The notes under the pieces were generated by a model, which had not been told where the DNA came from, ran no database searches, and saw only the letters and a program-made list of their open reading frames with translations. A stretch of 64,000 nt of DNA from Felis catus (lineage: Eukaryota), in the NCBI RefSeq assembly GCF_018350175.1, contig NC_058368.1:40240001-40304000 (forward strand), given 5' to 3'. The translations under genes and the position numbers were made by a program. Positions 61,126 through 64,000 of the stretch are shown here, one piece after another (position 1 is the first letter of the stretch; each line of letters begins with the position of its first letter).

Positions 61126-64000
61126 TCTTTGTAACTCTTTAAAAAGATTTAACAACAGTTTTTTTTTTTCTTCAGCTCTCATCCTTATATATGTCTGTTT
61201 CTTTCTTAGAGTAGGAATTCCATAAACAAATGAAATTTACTTGCTAAAAGGAAAACATGATCATCCGATTCTTTCCCCTAAGTATTATATAACTGAACTT
61301 ACATTCAAAGTTTACATAAGCAATTTTTGATACACATAACATATAGGCAAGGGATGGATAGGGAGAAACTGAATATTCAAGGAAGAATTGAGAATATTAA
61401 TAGGATATCATCCAAAAAATGTAGGAGGCTAGAATGGTAAACACAGGTGATAGGATTAGCCTTAGGAAGACATGGAGCCACCTCTTTTTCTGAGACAGAG
61501 AATAACTGGAGAAAAGGTAAAATTTAAAACCAGTGATTTAACAAAGGAGAGAGAGTCTTTTCCTGTTAAACTTCTAAGAAATATATGTGTTTTTTTTACA
61601 CTTCCCTATTGGATTGTGAACCTTTTAGGACAATAAGTTCAAATGGTAACAACACAAACCACAACAGAAACTCCAATAATAACAACTATATATACATATA
61701 TACTAGCCAATATTTACTATTCGTAATTGGTAGTGATATAGGCCATTTTACAACAACCTGGGTTTAGAATTATCCAGGTTAATTATTCCATAGATTCCTG
61801 TTTTGCTTGTTTACCATGAGGAACTGTGCCACTTTTTACTCAGTACACCTTAAGGTAAATGATTTAATGAAAGCGGGAAAGTAGTTTCTTCAGTTCTTAT
61901 TTCACTGTTCTGAGCATATCAATATTGTGCTTTCTGCTATAATTATTGTCATCATATTTTCAGCTTCTCTGTGTAATTAGATGTTATTGGAATGCTTATA
62001 GATTCGAATTTAACAATAGAACTTTCTGTAACTGGTGCTAATGACTCACAACCTCAGGTAATTTTATTTTATTTTTTCCCTATTGAAACTTTCAGTTGCT
62101 TCTGAACTGATTTCAATGTGAATAATGCCAGGGAAAAATGAATGCCTTATTTCTTTTTCGCTATTCAGTTTATTACCTTTAGAGTCTTTTGAAAAAAGTC
62201 AATAAAATTTCTATGAAGATTCAAAGATAATTTACAGAAAATATAATGGCGCCTTTTACATTAAAAAAAACAAAAACAAAAAAAAACCACTTTTCAAGAA
62301 CTGTTACCCTTAACACTGAAGTGCTGGTAGTTTCTGAAAGGCAGCAGAAGCCCTATCCACAGGGCGTACTTCTTCATGTCTGTCATCGTTCCTAAACTGC
62401 CATCATATTCAGGCTGTCACCTCCATTTCTAATGGCTCATTGATTTCGGAAGTCATAGCCATTTCTTTTTCCTATTACTGTCAAGACAGTTGTGTAGGAT
62501 AATAAAAATTAGGTAGCCTTACAAGGAATATCTGAATTTACATACGTGACTCATTTTCTCAGAAGACTGATATTGAACTGTGGGTAAAAGAATTAGGAAT
62601 GTAAATACATGTGATTCATGTTATTGGGTCATATTTTAAGAAATGGGCATCTTTTATTATTTTTCTGAATTGCCGAATGATTAATCATCATATCTTTTTT
62701 TTGAGATCCTTCTTGTTTTACTACTGTAGATTGTTGTGGCCTTGATATTCTATAATACTTAATACTTGAATTTCTCTTCAAACTATAGATTGAGCACTGA
62801 AGTATTTTTATTTAAAATTTTATTTATGATATTTCGTTTATTTGTTTATTATTTAATTTCAAATCATAGAATTTAAGATTAGAAATCAGCATGCCAGAGT
62901 TTGCCACAGACCTAAATTCACTTTTAATACTTCACCATGAGAAATCATTAGAAATATCTGGGGCACAGTGGTCGCACAGCAGGGAAATAATGTATACTCA
63001 CTTATATCACCTAGCATTGCAACAGATAATCTTTCATAATCTTTTATCTTGTTATGAAGTAATATTTATTATACAGACACCTGCTTTTTAAAATAGAATT
63101 CGATCACAGGCAGAGAGTTTGAATCTATAGCCTTCCCATATCCTGTGTTGAATCTCCTCAAAGTAGATTAGCAGTACCTAGCCATATATTTGCATAATAG
63201 CTTTTCCTTTCCCTTTTTGTTATTCCAATTGATTGCTTGAGAACACTACCTCTATTCCATTATTCCCCTGATAAAAACCAGCTGCCTGTTATGTAAAATT
63301 CATTTAATTTGCTGCTTTAAAGAACACTGTCCAAACTATTACCTTTGGTTTTCATCCTAAAATATCAAAAGAGACAAGGTCTCTTACAAGATTCTATCAG
63401 GGATTTCTTCCTTTTCTTTATTATTGGTGTTTGAAGGAGGAACTATACATGATAAGAGAAGAGAAATCATTAAAATCTTTGTGATTTATAATATCTGATA
63501 GCTTAAAGATATAAATCACTGCTTGATTCTCTTGGTGTTAGGGTCAACATATACCAATGAAATCTTCTAAAATTCAGCTGGTCAAAAAATTTATTTTCTT
63601 TACCTTTATTCCTCAATACTCCTAAAGTATGGTTTAATAGGAAAAATAAGAGAACTGCATACCATCCCTGAGATACAATTGATGCACCTCATCATTTTCC
63701 AGTATTGTAGTCAGTCATTGTAGGTATTAAACCGTTAATGCAGTATGTGTTTGTTCATTATCTGTAAAAGTCTACTTTACAGTGAGGCATACAAAAAAGG
63801 TTAAGCTCTGCTCACTTACTCAAAGAGTTTGTTAAGAGTCTTAAGAAAAGTAAGACAGAGATAAAATACACTATTAGACTGATGGTGCTTAGGTAATAAG
63901 AGAGAAGGATATGGTCAAGGAGAAATAGCAGAAGAGAGGTTATTTAGTTAAGCATACATGTGAAAATTTCATGAAAGTGATATGTATTAGAGTCCCTAGG

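Noticed and set aside
62290..62490. Coding-looking unique block
   Set aside because: The minus-strand frames I translated contain stops, no ORF is listed, and there is no recognisable homology or clean splice pair.
1..64000. CRISPR arrays, operons, rRNA or prokaryotic systems
   Set aside because: The sequence is mammalian; there are no regularly spaced repeat-spacer arrays or rRNA-like segments.

Overview
AT-rich, repeat-dense mammalian DNA from a carnivore, almost certainly a felid: it carries about 25 tRNA-derived CanSINE/SINEC_Fc-type SINEs with (CT)n + poly(A) tails and feline-type LINE-1s. I found no host protein-coding exon that I can support. Two young ~6 kb LINE-1 elements on the minus strand dominate the window. 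The one at 50694-56597 has intact ORF1 and ORF2, a perfect 15-bp TSD, a short 3' transduction and a 5' end missing about 110 bp, including the YY1 site. The one at 22655-28981 is full-length but dead (frameshifts, a nonsense change, a SINE inserted in ORF2) and has a duplicated 3' tail. The rest is nested older repeats (L1M, L2, MIR, MLT1/MLT2, MER21-like and ERV1-like solo LTRs, MER53), a twin-primed L1 and microsatellites. One unexplained ~880-bp GC-rich, promoter/first-exon-like segment (4699-5579) is inserted inside an ancient L1. Repeat family names come from recalled consensus similarity, not from a database search.
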